The notes under the pieces were generated by a model. The model saw only the letters and a program-made list of their open reading frames with translations. It was not told where the DNA came from and made no database searches. DNA of 64,000 nt from an uncultured archaeon (GTDB taxonomy: Archaea > Thermoproteota > Nitrososphaeria_A > Caldarchaeales > Wolframiiraptoraceae): positions 9,105-73,104 of the forward strand of contig CALJVH010000024.1 of assembly GCA_937974645.1 (NCBI GenBank), written 5' to 3'. How positions within the stretch are numbered: position 1 is the stretch's first letter; each line of letters opens with the position of its first letter. The translations under genes were made by a program, and so were the position numbers. Positions 1-9,324 of the stretch are shown in pieces.

Positions 1-202
1 CGAGGATCTCGGAGGATCCTTCTTTCTCAGGCAGGATGAGCATTGCTCTTATGAGCTTGAGTCCAAAAGCAACAGGTCTAGTCTCCACATGCTTCAGCTC
101 AAAGTCTTCGGGAAGACTGCTTCTTATCCGCTCTACTAACCGATCTAGGTCGATATCTGGATCCTCGGGCATTATCTCCGCTATAACAGCCACTTTAGCC
201 AT
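1..202 (-). CDS. Translation elongation factor aEF-1 beta (partial; the C-terminus runs off the window edge)
   Basis: My reverse-complement translation from the ATG at 202-200 reads MAKVAVIAEIMPEDPDIDLDRLVERIRSSLPEDFELKHVETRPVAFGLKLIRAMLILPEKEG. This fits the archaeal EF-1beta pattern (imPe..dle..ePiAFGL). It is absent from the ORF track because it is truncated. The + ORF 36..251 is its antisense shadow. Confidence 0.8.
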   Translation of the reverse strand, partial: MAKVAVIAEIMPEDPDIDLDRLVERIRSSLPEDFELKHVETRPVAFGLKLIRAMLILPEKEGSSEIL

Positions 203-214
203 TTTTCGGTCACC

Positions 215-400
215 TCATGGCCCCGTGAAGCCGCATGAGGGGCACGTATAAGGCTTCGCGAGCTCCCTACATAGCTCGCATCGCCAAATGGTCACTTTAC
301 CGCAGTTCGGGCATGGGAACTTGACTGCGTGCTCATGGGGCTCGATGGGCTTCTTACATGATGTGCAGAGCGGCAGTACTATCTCTTCACCGCTACTCAT
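215..400 (-). CDS. Small Zn-ribbon protein (COG2888-like) that pairs with aEF-1 beta
   Basis: 61 aa with four CxxC pairs (CTSC, CPNC, CELC, CPSC). It ends 12 nt upstream of the aEF-1beta start, which is the conserved archaeal gene pair. Confidence 0.55.
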   Translation of the reverse strand: MSSGEEIVLPLCTSCKKPIEPHEHAVKFPCPNCGKVTIWRCELCRELAKPYTCPSCGFTGP

Positions 401-401
401 T

Positions 402-419
402 GTGGGGATGCATCCCCAC
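402..419. promoter_or_regulatory. Perfect 18-bp palindrome GTGGGGATGCATCCCCAC in a divergent intergenic region
   Basis: I checked base by base that it is self-complementary. It starts 2 nt upstream of the Zn-ribbon ATG (400-398) and lies between that gene and the pncA-like gene. An AT-rich TATA-like stretch (caatataagg) follows at about 421-430. Confidence 0.3.
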
Positions 420-510
420 CCTCAATATAAGGACTCTTTTCAGAATGAGCTGAGCTGATCCATTCCGTAAAGGTTATCTTACGGGCTGCAGCTTGGTTGA
501 AGGGCTTATT

Positions 511-1119
511 ATGAGCTTTCCCGAGGTCTTGAGACTTCCCGAGAGGCTTGAGGTTAGAGACGCTGTCGTTGAGCCCGCCGGCTCGGCGCTATTAATAATC
601 GATGTTCAGAATGATTTCGCGAATCCTTCAGGAAGGCTTTACGCTCAGGGCGCTGAGAAGGTCATTCAGCCGATCAAGCGCCTCCTATCATCTGCGAGGA
701 ATGCCGGCGCTATGGTGATCTACACGCAGGACTGGCATGTGAGAGGTGATCCAGAGTTCAAGATCTGGGGCGAGCATGCTGTTGAGGGGACATGGGGCGT
801 CGAGATAGTTGATGAGCTCAAGCCGGCCGAGGGCGAGATAGCGATTAGGAAGCCGAGCTATGATGCATTCTACTCGACCCCGCTCGACCATATTCTTAGG
901 TCGAGGAGTATAAGAGTGCTCATCCTGACGGGGCTTCTTGGGAACGTGTGCGTTCTCTGCACGGCCATCGGCGCGGCCATGAGGGGATACAAGCTCATCA
1001 TGCCAGTTGATGCAATATTCACTATCCACGAATTCGATCACACGGCAGCCATTAGGTTTATGAGCTCAATCCTTAAGGCGGAGCTAACAACATCGGATAG
1101 GCTCAGATTCGAGGTGTAA
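511..1119 (+). CDS. pncA: Nicotinamidase / isochorismatase-family cysteine hydrolase
   Basis: LLIIDVQNDF motif and an overall isochorismatase-like sequence. I prefer the ATG at 511 over the TTG at 493. It lies immediately upstream of the NAPRTase gene (NAD salvage pair). Confidence 0.7.
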   Translation: MSFPEVLRLPERLEVRDAVVEPAGSALLIIDVQNDFANPSGRLYAQGAEKVIQPIKRLLSSARNAGAMVIYTQDWHVRGDPEFKIWGEHAVEGTWGVEIVDELKPAEGEIAIRKPSYDAFYSTPLDHILRSRSIRVLILTGLLGNVCVLCTAIGAAMRGYKLIMPVDAIFTIHEFDHTAAIRFMSSILKAELTTSDRLRFEV

Positions 1120-1122
1120 CGC

Positions 1123-2331
1123 ATGGGAAGAAGACTCTACATAGCCTCGGAGGAGGAAATATTAGCGGGCAGAGTCACTGACGTGTACTTCGCGAGAACG
1201 AAGGAGATTTTAGAGAAGTCTGGTAAAGCAGATGTCAAGGCTTATGCGGAGATTCATGCCTACAGTTTCCCGAGGGGATATAATTGGGCCATAGCGGCCG
1301 GAATCGGTGAGATCGCAGTTCTTCTCGAGGGAAAGGGTATTGATGTCTATGCTGTTGAGGAAGGTGAACTCTTCAGAGTTTATGAGCCGGTTATGGCGAT
1401 AGATGGCCGATATATCGAGTATGGGATATATGAATCAAGTTTGCTCGGAATACTGAGGCATGCGACGAGCATAGCGACCAAGGCCGCGAGGCTGAAGATG
1501 GCGGCAAACGGTAAGACATTACTCTTCTTCGGGATAAGATCTATTCACCCGGCGATAGCGCCGATGGCCGACGTCTATGCCTTAATAGGCGGATGCGACG
1601 CCGTCTCGAATATACTGGGAGCGGAGCTTGCGGGCGTCAAGCCCATTGGAACGATGCCTCACGCCCTTATCCTGATATTCGGCAGCCAGCAGGAGGCTTG
1701 GAAGGCCTTCAATAATATCATGCCACCCGACGTGCCCAGGATAACCCTATGCGATACGCTCTCCGATGAGCGCTTCGAGGCGTTGATGGCGGCTGAGACA
1801 CTTGGAGAGAGGCTTTACGGGGTTAGATTCGATACGCCGGGGTCTAGGAGGGGGGATATGAGAAAGATCGTGGAGGAGGCGAGGTGGGCTCTCGACTTGG
1901 CTGGCTATAAGCATGTGAAGATATTTGTGAGCGGCGGGCTTGATGAGGAGCAGGTACAGGAGCTCGCTGACATCGCTGACGGCTTCGGAGTCGGAACTTC
2001 AATAGCCTTCCCGCCGTCAATAGACCTAGCCATGGACCTAGTGGAAGTGAATGGAAAACCATTCTCGAAGAAGGGGAAGCTTCCCGGTAGGAAGCAAGTT
2101 TACAGATGCAGGAAGCTTCATGACACCATAACGCCGTTCAACTCGGAGCTCGAAAAATGCCCCATATGTGGTGAGAAGGTCGAGCCACTACTCAAGCCGC
2201 TGATAAAGAATGGAAAGATTGTGAGAAGCATGATGAAGCCTCTTGAGACTCGGGAGAGAGTTCTGAAGAGGCTTGAGCAGCTCACAAGTGTTGAAGAATT
2301 CCATAAAGAGCCCCTCTTCCACATTCCATGA
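1123..2331 (+). CDS. Nicotinate phosphoribosyltransferase, archaeal type with a C-terminal Zn-knuckle tail
   Basis: 402 aa, type II PRTase-like (GTMPHALI, FDTPGSRRGD), with a C-terminal CPICGEK tail. A 3-nt gap separates it from the pncA-like gene. Confidence 0.7.
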   Translation: MGRRLYIASEEEILAGRVTDVYFARTKEILEKSGKADVKAYAEIHAYSFPRGYNWAIAAGIGEIAVLLEGKGIDVYAVEEGELFRVYEPVMAIDGRYIEYGIYESSLLGILRHATSIATKAARLKMAANGKTLLFFGIRSIHPAIAPMADVYALIGGCDAVSNILGAELAGVKPIGTMPHALILIFGSQQEAWKAFNNIMPPDVPRITLCDTLSDERFEALMAAETLGERLYGVRFDTPGSRRGDMRKIVEEARWALDLAGYKHVKIFVSGGLDEEQVQELADIADGFGVGTSIAFPPSIDLAMDLVEVNGKPFSKKGKLPGRKQVYRCRKLHDTITPFNSELEKCPICGEKVEPLLKPLIKNGKIVRSMMKPLETRERVLKRLEQLTSVEEFHKEPLFHIP

Positions 2332-2371
2332 CGGTTTGGTTTATTTAATGCTAGCCAGCCAATATTCTCGG

Positions 2372-2944
2372 ATGTCGAAGACAGTGATCTGCATTAGCGG
2401 ATTCGCGGGATCCGGGAAGAGCACTCTTGGCAGAAAGCTCGCCGAGGCCCTGGGGCTCAGCTACATCTCGGGTGGAGACGGATTGAAGCTTTTAGCAGTG
2501 AAGCGTGGATACAAGCCAGGCGGCACAGAATGGTGGGAGACGGCCGACGGGCTGAGGTTTTTAGAGGAGAGGCTCAGGAATCCGGATTTCGATAAAGAGG
2601 TTGATCAGCAGCTAGTAGAGCTCGCTGAGAAGGGCGATGTAGTTATTGATAGCTGGGTTCTGCCATGGCTCTATAAAGGGGGTTTCAATATATGGCTCAA
2701 GGCGAGACTCGAAATCAGGGCTACGAGAGTATCAAAGCGCAGTGGAGTATCGTTTAACGAAGCCCTAAAAATGCTTGAGAAACGGGATAGGGAAAGCTCC
2801 GAGCTCTACCGGAGGATCTATGGGATAGATCTGGGAAGAGACTTTGATCCATTTCACCTAGTTCTCGACACGAGTAATCTTGATGAGGAGTCTGTTTTTA
2901 GGATAGCACTCACAGCCGTCAAGGAGTTTTTCAGATTTGAATAA
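2372..2944 (+). CDS. cmk: Cytidylate kinase, archaeal type
   Basis: P-loop ICISGFAGSGKST followed by LGRKLAEALGLSYISGGD. I chose the internal ATG at 2372 because the 5' part of the ORF overlaps the preceding gene. The neighbouring L34e gene is the typical archaeal context. Confidence 0.75.
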   Translation: MSKTVICISGFAGSGKSTLGRKLAEALGLSYISGGDGLKLLAVKRGYKPGGTEWWETADGLRFLEERLRNPDFDKEVDQQLVELAEKGDVVIDSWVLPWLYKGGFNIWLKARLEIRATRVSKRSGVSFNEALKMLEKRDRESSELYRRIYGIDLGRDFDPFHLVLDTSNLDEESVFRIALTAVKEFFRFE

Positions 2945-3212
2945 CCGCCCCCCATTCCTTAGCGACCCGCGCTCTGAGCAACTCTTCTAAACAGTTCTGA
3001 CAGAGAACTCCGCCATAGTATCTCTTAACAGTCCTCTCACTATGCGCGAGCTTGAAGTCTTTCTCCCTCGGTATCCCATGTATTATGCCGCCGCACCTAG
3101 CGCAGCGATGATAACCCCTTTTCTCATCAACGTAATGAATCACGGTCCTGCCGCCCGGAGTTCTCACATGCTTCCTCTTCCTACTCCTCGTTCTAAGGAA
3201 TCTCCGAGGCAA
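2931..3212 (-). CDS. rpl34e: Ribosomal protein L34e
   Basis: MPRRFLRTRSRKRKHVRTPGGRTV...CARCGG, the typical L34e N-terminus and Zn motif. Confidence 0.85.
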   Translation of the reverse strand: MPRRFLRTRSRKRKHVRTPGGRTVIHYVDEKRGYHRCARCGGIIHGIPREKDFKLAHSERTVKRYYGGVLCQNCLEELLRARVAKEWGAVIQI

Positions 3213-3269
3213 GCTTCCCCCCTCCGATTTGAGGGACAGTTCTCATGGTGAATGGGCATTAAATAAACT

Positions 3270-3839
3270 TCACTCCTCAGATGACGTGCCAGAGTCGGTG
3301 AGATCAATTATCTTGAGAGCCCTCTCCTTGAGGGACTTATTCACTTTCACGTAAACACTTCCAGTTCTTGGCTGGCCATAGACTATTACCGAGCCCTCCG
3401 GCGCGGAGATTATAGCCGCTAGGGTAAGTAGATCTTCCTCGCCCCTCACAAGGAGAACGGTATTCTCGAGATGAGTTTTCATGAGGAGCTCATGAAGCTT
3501 TGAGGCGGCTTCAGGGTTTATTGTTCCAGGCTCATTCACGCACTCGATAACCTTCAGCCCGGCTGTATCAAATGCTGTGGACGGCCTTCTCTCAATTCTC
3601 CCATCAATAATGTATAAGTTGACTCGTGCTCCATGCTCTCTAAGCTTCGCCGAGGTATAGTCTCCAACAGCGATGACTAGTGGCGGGTTCTCCTCCTCGA
3701 CCAACCTCTTAATCTCCCTTACTACTTTATCCGGCTCTCCGGTTATGAGCTTGCCAGCCGGTTCTCTGAGAAGCTTCTTAACGTTTTCAGAAAAGAAAAG
3801 CCTATGCTTGGGAGGCCATTTAGGCGACTCGGATCGCAT
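3270..3839 (-). CDS. DUF359 family protein, probable GTP-dependent dephospho-CoA kinase
   Basis: VGDYTS ... YIIDGRIERRP pattern of COG1909/DUF359. It holds the conserved position downstream of spt4 and rpo7. Confidence 0.6.
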   Translation of the reverse strand: MRSESPKWPPKHRLFFSENVKKLLREPAGKLITGEPDKVVREIKRLVEEENPPLVIAVGDYTSAKLREHGARVNLYIIDGRIERRPSTAFDTAGLKVIECVNEPGTINPEAASKLHELLMKTHLENTVLLVRGEEDLLTLAAIISAPEGSVIVYGQPRTGSVYVKVNKSLKERALKIIDLTDSGTSSEE

Positions 3840-4014
3840 AGGCCCCCTTCTTCCCTATCCCGAGATCACGGGCTATCTCGGATTTCTCCTCATCCAAGAC
3901 TATTATGATACCCGAGAATACTTGAGTAAGGTTTGTCGAGCCACAATTCTTGCATCTATCCTTCGAAGTTGTTATAAACTTACAATCCCTGCATGCTCGA
4001 AGGACTGCGGGCAA
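3820..4014 (-). CDS. spt4: Transcription elongation factor Spt4 (RpoE'')
   Basis: 64 aa, LRACRDCKFI...CKNCGS zinc ribbon followed by GIIIVLD. It lies directly after rpo7. Confidence 0.85.
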   Translation of the reverse strand: MPAVLRACRDCKFITTSKDRCKNCGSTNLTQVFSGIIIVLDEEKSEIARDLGIGKKGAYAIRVA

Positions 4015-4602
4015 TTACTCCTCACCCACCACGGCCTTCGCCTTCTTCGGCTCCGACGTGAGCCTCTCTAGGCTCTTTCTAATCCACTCCAACTTCCCCA
4101 GATATGGCTGCCTGGTCGTGACGCCGATCTTGCCCGTCGTTCCATGAGTCAGAGATACGGCTACGACCCTGAACCTCACATCATCCCCGACCTCAAGCTT
4201 GTTACCGGTCTTTTTTCCCGTAAGAACCGAGTGCCTCTCATCATAAGATATGTAATCATCCATTATCTGGGAGATATGCAGAAGAGCGTCAAGTGGACCG
4301 ATTCTAATGAAAGCGCCGAAGTCTGCGATCTCAACGATCTCTCCCTCACCAACTTCCTGCATCCTCGGATAGAAGCATAGTAGCTTCGCCCTAGCCCTAT
4401 GATAGGTTGCGCCATCCCTTGGAAGAAGCACTCCAACGGGATCAGCCTCAACATCCACAACCATAACCACATATCCGAGATCTTCGAAGATCTTCCCCTC
4501 ATAAGTCTCCTTAACTCTCTCTAATACAACCTTCTTGAGGGGCCTAGCAAAATCTTTTGGAAGAATCGCAACAACATCCTCTATCTCCACGAGGTAGAAC
4601 AT
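4015..4602 (-). CDS. rpoE: RNA polymerase subunit Rpo7 (E')
   Basis: 195 aa. The N-terminal MFYLVEIEDVVAILPKDF matches the Rpo7 N-domain, and an S1-like domain follows (GEIVEIADFGAFIRIGPLDALLHISQ). Confidence 0.85.
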   Translation of the reverse strand: MFYLVEIEDVVAILPKDFARPLKKVVLERVKETYEGKIFEDLGYVVMVVDVEADPVGVLLPRDGATYHRARAKLLCFYPRMQEVGEGEIVEIADFGAFIRIGPLDALLHISQIMDDYISYDERHSVLTGKKTGNKLEVGDDVRFRVVAVSLTHGTTGKIGVTTRQPYLGKLEWIRKSLERLTSEPKKAKAVVGEE

Positions 4603-4671
4603 TTTCTTAACCCTTCGAAAATTAGCGAAATTTAGGTATTTGCTTCAAATTTAAGGATTACTCTCCATGGC

Positions 4672-5058
4672 CTAGAGCCTGGCCCCCTCAAAGACTATTC
4701 GCTTATCCGATCCAACACTTATCACCGGTATTCCTAGGGATCTAGCTTGCCTCATCAAGTTGAGATCTACCGTGGCTATAGCTGCTTTAAGCCGACCAGC
4801 TTCTTGAAGTAATCTCAGGTCGGTGGGCATGTTTCTCTCACCTACGATGAGCTTCATCCTACTAGCTGCCATGAGTGCTAGGGACGCAAACCGCCCCCTC
4901 TTGCCCCTCTTCCTAGCAATATTCTTCAGCTCGTCCAAGACCTCTCCAGCGACATATGGCTCGATTGGCTCCCCAATCACTTCTTCAGCCATTTGCATGA
5001 GATCCCTCCCCATTTCAGCGCAAAGCATTAGGAAGCTTGCATCAACTATGACTTTCAT
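4672..5058 (-). CDS. PIN-domain protein, Fcf1/Utp24-like (COG1412)
   Basis: 128 aa, begins MKVIVDASFL, small PIN fold. It holds the conserved slot between aIF2-gamma and rpo7. Confidence 0.65.
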   Translation of the reverse strand: MKVIVDASFLMLCAEMGRDLMQMAEEVIGEPIEPYVAGEVLDELKNIARKRGKRGRFASLALMAASRMKLIVGERNMPTDLRLLQEAGRLKAAIATVDLNLMRQARSLGIPVISVGSDKRIVFEGARL

Positions 5059-5059
5059 C

Positions 5060-6292
5060 TTAGACTATCTTCCCGTATCCTATCAGTCTCCATGCTGACC
5101 CCATTATTCTAGAGATCGCGATTTTGTCGCTATCATCAGCCACTATCGGTCTTCTTAGCTCAAGTTCCATCTTTTCACTCGTCCGCTTCTTCACTACTCC
5201 GCTCGTGACCGCGGAATAGATGTTTATCACGAGATTCTCTCCTTCCCTTATGGGCACTACCGCTACATCCTCGCTTAGCCCAACAACTTTCTCAAAGAGC
5301 TTGTACTCTATCTCGAGATGAGTCCGGATGAGCGGGAGCGTCCCCGGCTTCCCCGCCATGTTCCCAGCCATCGCATCAGATTTCGTTAGGGATGGATCAA
5401 GCTTCGTCTCTATGCCCGTTAGACCTCCACTCTTAGCTTCTTCAACATTTCTCCCACCAGCTCTGATATTTACTACCTCCGTGATTATCGGCTCGCATTT
5501 TCTGTCAATAATTAGGCCTGGGGCGATCTCGACCTCATCGCCGGCTCTGACCATGCCCCTAATTATTGAGCCGCCTATAACTCCGCCCCTCAGCTTCTGA
5601 GCAGGAGTTCCAGGAGGATTTATGTCAAAGGATCTCAGGATCGGCATGCGGAACGGCTTATCCAGTTCCCGCGGGGGCGTTGGAATGAATCTTTCCATGG
5701 CCCAGAGCAGCACGTCCACTCCAACAGAATGCTGGCCCGAGATGGGGATTATCGGCGCATCCTTTACTGGCGTGTTCTTAATATAACTCTTGATTTCTTC
5801 ATAATTCTCTATCGCCCTCTCTCTTGTGGAGACATCAATCTTGTTCTGGGCGAATATCATGTTCTTGACGCCAAGGATTAATGCTGCTTGAAGGTGCTCC
5901 CGATCTTGAGGCTGTGGGAATTTGTGCCGGACATCCGCGACGAATATCGCTCCATCGAAGAAAGCCGCTCCTGACAACATGGTGATCATGAGAGAGTGGT
6001 GGCCCGGGCAGTCTATGAAGGAGATAGCTCTCACGAACTCCGTCTTGGAACCGCATCTAGGGCACTTCTCCTGAGTTGTGTAGTTATGGGGCTCCTCGCA
6101 GCTGGGGCACTTGTAAATAGCTGTATCAGCGTATCCTATCTTGATTGTGATCCCCCTCTTGAGCTCTTCGGAGTGCCGCGCGGGCCATAGCCCGGTTATG
6201 GCCTGGACTATCGTACTCTTACCGTTATCAACATGACCGAGCGTACCAATATTTACCTCCGGCTGGGCTGGGAGAGGTTTAATCGTCGACAA
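5060..6292 (-). CDS. Translation initiation factor aIF2 gamma subunit
   Basis: GTPase motifs GHVDNGKST, DCPGH and NKID, plus the Zn knuckle CPSCEE...CPRCG typical of aIF2-gamma. Confidence 0.9.
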   Translation of the reverse strand: MSTIKPLPAQPEVNIGTLGHVDNGKSTIVQAITGLWPARHSEELKRGITIKIGYADTAIYKCPSCEEPHNYTTQEKCPRCGSKTEFVRAISFIDCPGHHSLMITMLSGAAFFDGAIFVADVRHKFPQPQDREHLQAALILGVKNMIFAQNKIDVSTRERAIENYEEIKSYIKNTPVKDAPIIPISGQHSVGVDVLLWAMERFIPTPPRELDKPFRMPILRSFDINPPGTPAQKLRGGVIGGSIIRGMVRAGDEVEIAPGLIIDRKCEPIITEVVNIRAGGRNVEEAKSGGLTGIETKLDPSLTKSDAMAGNMAGKPGTLPLIRTHLEIEYKLFEKVVGLSEDVAVVPIREGENLVINIYSAVTSGVVKKRTSEKMELELRRPIVADDSDKIAISRIMGSAWRLIGYGKIV

Positions 6293-6340
6293 CCTCCTTT
6301 AAAGGGCTTGGAGCTTCCAGCTCTTAACATTTATGGTTTC

Positions 6341-6784
6341 TCAGGAAGATGCTGTCTCCAGCTCCTTCTCGCTGAAGAATATCCTGTGCTCGCGCTCATA
6401 GGATTCGGGACTATCCGAGGCGTGGATCAGGTTGTCTGTGAGATCTATCGCGAGGTCACCCCTGATCGTACCTGCTTCAGCCTGCACAGGATCCGTAGCC
6501 CCTATAAGCTTTCGGACGACGCTTATCGCTCTGCGGCCTTCGAGAACAATTAGGGCCACCGTTTTGCCTGATATTGCATCTATTAGGCTTTGGTAAAATG
6601 GTTTGCCTTCATGGACCTTGTAAAGCTCCTCCGCCTTCTCCCTAGGCATCTTCAAGACCTTTACCTGGAGTATCCTGAGCCCCTTCTTCTCGAATCTCGA
6701 GATGACCTCGCCCATTAACCCTCTCTGAATGCAGCTCGGCTTGAGCATTACGAATGTTCTTTCGATATCGCTTTTCTCGCTCAT
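6341..6784 (-). CDS. ndk: Nucleoside diphosphate kinase
   Basis: ERTFVMLKP...GLMGEVISRFEKKG...TIRGD...NLIHASDS. I chose the start at the internal ATG (MSEKSD). Confidence 0.85.
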   Translation of the reverse strand: MSEKSDIERTFVMLKPSCIQRGLMGEVISRFEKKGLRILQVKVLKMPREKAEELYKVHEGKPFYQSLIDAISGKTVALIVLEGRRAISVVRKLIGATDPVQAEAGTIRGDLAIDLTDNLIHASDSPESYEREHRIFFSEKELETASS

Positions 6785-6834
6785 ACGGTGTGCCCTGATG
6801 AGCGGCAATATAGGGATGATCCTCAAGCAGACAT

Positions 6835-7032
6835 TTATCGGGCTCTAATGGCCTCTGGCGCATATTTCTCGGTCCACTTGAATTTCCGTGGATCCCTCTT
6901 GAACTCTATCATGCTGATCCTGCATTTCCGGGAGCAGAACCATAGCTGCGTCCCATCATTCTTGACGTATAACATGCCCTTGCCATGAAGGAATTCCCTT
7001 CCGCAGAAGGCGCACTTATGCTTCGTGGGCAA
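6835..7032 (-). CDS. rpl24e: Ribosomal protein L24e
   Basis: CAFCGREFLHGKGMLYVKNDGTQLWFCSRKC, the L24e signature. Confidence 0.9.
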   Translation of the reverse strand: MPTKHKCAFCGREFLHGKGMLYVKNDGTQLWFCSRKCRISMIEFKRDPRKFKWTEKYAPEAIRAR

Positions 7033-7047
7033 AATTACTCACCTCGC

Positions 7048-7269
7048 CTATCTTATCTTCTCAGCCTCACGCTCCGTGTCTAAGAGCATTAGAATGTCTC
7101 CGACCCTCACGGGGCCCTTCACATTCCTCGAGATGACCCTACCGGCATCCCTCCCTGTCAGTATTCTGACTCTGACTTGGGTGACCTCGCCGGTTACGCC
7201 TGTCCTGCCCACTATCTGCTCTACGATCGCTGGAACGGGCTCCTCGACTTTCTCGACCCTTTTGCTCAT
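7048..7269 (-). CDS. rps28e: Ribosomal protein S28e
   Basis: [17 protein letters not shown]...[22 protein letters not shown], the S28e signature. Confidence 0.9.
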   Translation of the reverse strand: MSKRVEKVEEPVPAIVEQIVGRTGVTGEVTQVRVRILTGRDAGRVISRNVKGPVRVGDILMLLDTEREAEKIR

Positions 7270-7323
7270 CGCCAGCCTCCTTTACCCCCATGCAAAGAGT
7301 CTCTTCTTAACCCTTTTCCCAAG

Positions 7324-8172
7324 CTATTCCGGAGGCTCTATCTTGACAGCCGCGTAGCCGACAACGGCGCTATAGTCGCCGGCCACATCACCACTCGTCG
7401 CATACTTTAGGATCTCAGCTCGGCGGGCTCCAATCCTCCTGTACGCGTGAAGCACCGCCGCCACGGGCCCATAGCCGCACATGGATATATCATGCTCGAA
7501 AATCGCTTCATAGAGCCCCTCAGCGTCTAAGCTACTTATCTTTTGCAAGGCTATCGCATCCTTCTTGCTCGCGCGCTCATGGGGCTCATAATGCGTCATA
7601 TCGCTTGAGGCTATCAAGGCGACATCATTTCTCCCCTTGAGGGACTCTGCGAGGGCCTCGCCGACCCTCACCGCGGTCTCGATGCTCTGGTCGAGCATGC
7701 ATATTGGAACAAGCTTGAAGCTTCCGACCACGTATTGGAGGAATGGTAACTGAACCTCTATCGAATGCTCCTGCTCATGGGATACCTCGTCCAGCGAGAA
7801 GACATCGGATAGCCTTGAGAGCTTCATGGCCAACTCCGTGTCCACTGGGATCTCGCCGAGCGGCGTCACCCACATGCCCTCCGGATAGATGGAGACGGGC
7901 GTTCCGACACCATAATGGTTTGGACCGAGCACTATGGCCGTCTCGACCCTGCATCCATCAAGCTGAGCGTAGGCGTGAGCTGCTACAGGTCCCGAGTACA
8001 TGTAGCCTGCGTGGGGCGAGATCAGAGCGCTCGGCCTCTTATCACCCTTAAGCCTCCTTGGAAGCTTTCCGGGCCCGACCCTATGCAGGAACGAGGACTC
8101 TATCTCTCTCAGCAGGCTCTCACGCGTTGATGGATAGAACATTCCCGAGACCGCAGGTTTCCTCCTAGCCAA
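7324..8172 (-). CDS. MEMO1 / AmmeMemoRadiSam system protein B family
   Basis: GMFYP near the N-terminus, SPHAGYMYSG and SSDMTHY motifs. 282 aa. Confidence 0.7.
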   Translation of the reverse strand: MARRKPAVSGMFYPSTRESLLREIESSFLHRVGPGKLPRRLKGDKRPSALISPHAGYMYSGPVAAHAYAQLDGCRVETAIVLGPNHYGVGTPVSIYPEGMWVTPLGEIPVDTELAMKLSRLSDVFSLDEVSHEQEHSIEVQLPFLQYVVGSFKLVPICMLDQSIETAVRVGEALAESLKGRNDVALIASSDMTHYEPHERASKKDAIALQKISSLDAEGLYEAIFEHDISMCGYGPVAAVLHAYRRIGARRAEILKYATSGDVAGDYSAVVGYAAVKIEPPE

Positions 8173-8235
8173 GGCTCAGCAAACAGTATTTCCAGCATCA
8201 ACTATATATCATTTCGTTCACGTGGCTTAGGGCGC

Positions 8236-9324
8236 ATGGGAGATATCGAGGAGAGGAAGAGGGACCATATCAGCTTATGCTTAGACCTAGGTGATGAGGC
8301 CGAGTTCTCGGAGAAAACGACTTGGCTCGAGCATGTCGAGCTCATTCATAATGCCTTACCGGAGCTAAATTTGGATGAAATCTCCCTCGAGGCGAATCTT
8401 CTAGGGAGGAGATTCAAGTATCCGATTCTGATCGAGGGGATGACGGGTGGAACACGTGAAGCCTATGAGATTAATCGGAGCCTAGCCGAGGCCGCGGAGA
8501 GGCTTAATCTCCCCATGGAGGTTGGAAGCCAGCGTGCTGGAATCGAGAACCCCGCTCTTGTGGAGACTTATAGGGTTGCGAGGGAAGCGGCTCCACACTG
8601 CTTCCTTATCGGAAATTTGAGTGGGGTGGAGCTCGCAAGCCGCGGCTTCCACTATGCTGAGAAAGCCGTTGAGATGATCGAAGCGGATGCTTTAGCAATA
8701 CACTTGAACGCTCTCCAAGAAGTTATCCAGCCCGAGGGATCCACAACATTTAGGGGGGTACTCCGTGCGATTAGAGAGGTATGCGAGAAGCTTGGCATCC
8801 CGGTTGTGGTGAAGGAGGTTGGATTCGGGATCTCCCGCGAGGTCGCGGAAAAGCTCGCCGGGGTCGGAGTCAAAGTCATCGATGTCGCTGGCTCTGGTGG
8901 CACGAACTGGGCTAGGATAGAGGGGGAAAGGGTTAAGGGAATCGACACCGTCAAGGCGCGCATTGCCGAACTTTACCTTAATTGGGGAATCCCGACAGCA
9001 GCCTCGGTACTGGAGGTCTCAGGAATCAGCGGCCTAGAGGTAATAGCATCTGGAGGCATAAGGAATGGTTTGCAAGCCGCGAAGGTAATTGCCCTTGGAG
9101 CGGACTTCATCGGTATAGCCCGCCCACTTCTTAGGCCTGCCTTAATGGGCCCGGAAAACGTTGAGAAAATGGTCATGCGCATAGTGGAGGAACTTAAGGC
9201 CGCAATGTTCCTGACCGGTTCAAGAACGATAGTCGAACTCAAGAAATGTAAGTACATCCTCTCAGGACCGCTCTACGAATGGGCTCTACAAAGGGTTTGG
9301 AAAACTAGTCGTGTGCGAAGATGA
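8236..9324 (+). CDS. fni: Isopentenyl-diphosphate delta-isomerase, type 2 (FMN-dependent)
   Basis: N-terminal RKRDHI, a TIM-barrel FMN enzyme pattern (IASGGIRNG), 362 aa. Confidence 0.8.
   Translation: MGDIEERKRDHISLCLDLGDEAEFSEKTTWLEHVELIHNALPELNLDEISLEANLLGRRFKYPILIEGMTGGTREAYEINRSLAEAAERLNLPMEVGSQRAGIENPALVETYRVAREAAPHCFLIGNLSGVELASRGFHYAEKAVEMIEADALAIHLNALQEVIQPEGSTTFRGVLRAIREVCEKLGIPVVVKEVGFGISREVAEKLAGVGVKVIDVAGSGGTNWARIEGERVKGIDTVKARIAELYLNWGIPTAASVLEVSGISGLEVIASGGIRNGLQAAKVIALGADFIGIARPLLRPALMGPENVEKMVMRIVEELKAAMFLTGSRTIVELKKCKYILSGPLYEWALQRVWKTSRVRR

Noticed and set aside
36-251. 71-aa + strand ORF at the window start
   Set aside because: It is antisense to a much better supported, truncated aEF-1beta gene (1..202, minus). 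Its S/L/R-rich sequence has no motif.
4672-5058. The PIN-domain gene as a VapC toxin of a toxin-antitoxin pair
   Set aside because: There is no adjacent small antitoxin ORF. The gene also occupies the conserved aIF2-gamma / PIN (Fcf1-like) / rpo7 / spt4 slot typical of archaeal informational operons.
8652-8963. Numerous 60-160-aa ORFs antisense to long genes (for example 8652..8963, 9728..10168, 24067..24555, 50663..51076, 60873..61361)
   Set aside because: All lie inside better-supported genes on the opposite strand and have biased, motif-free composition typical of GC-rich antisense frames.
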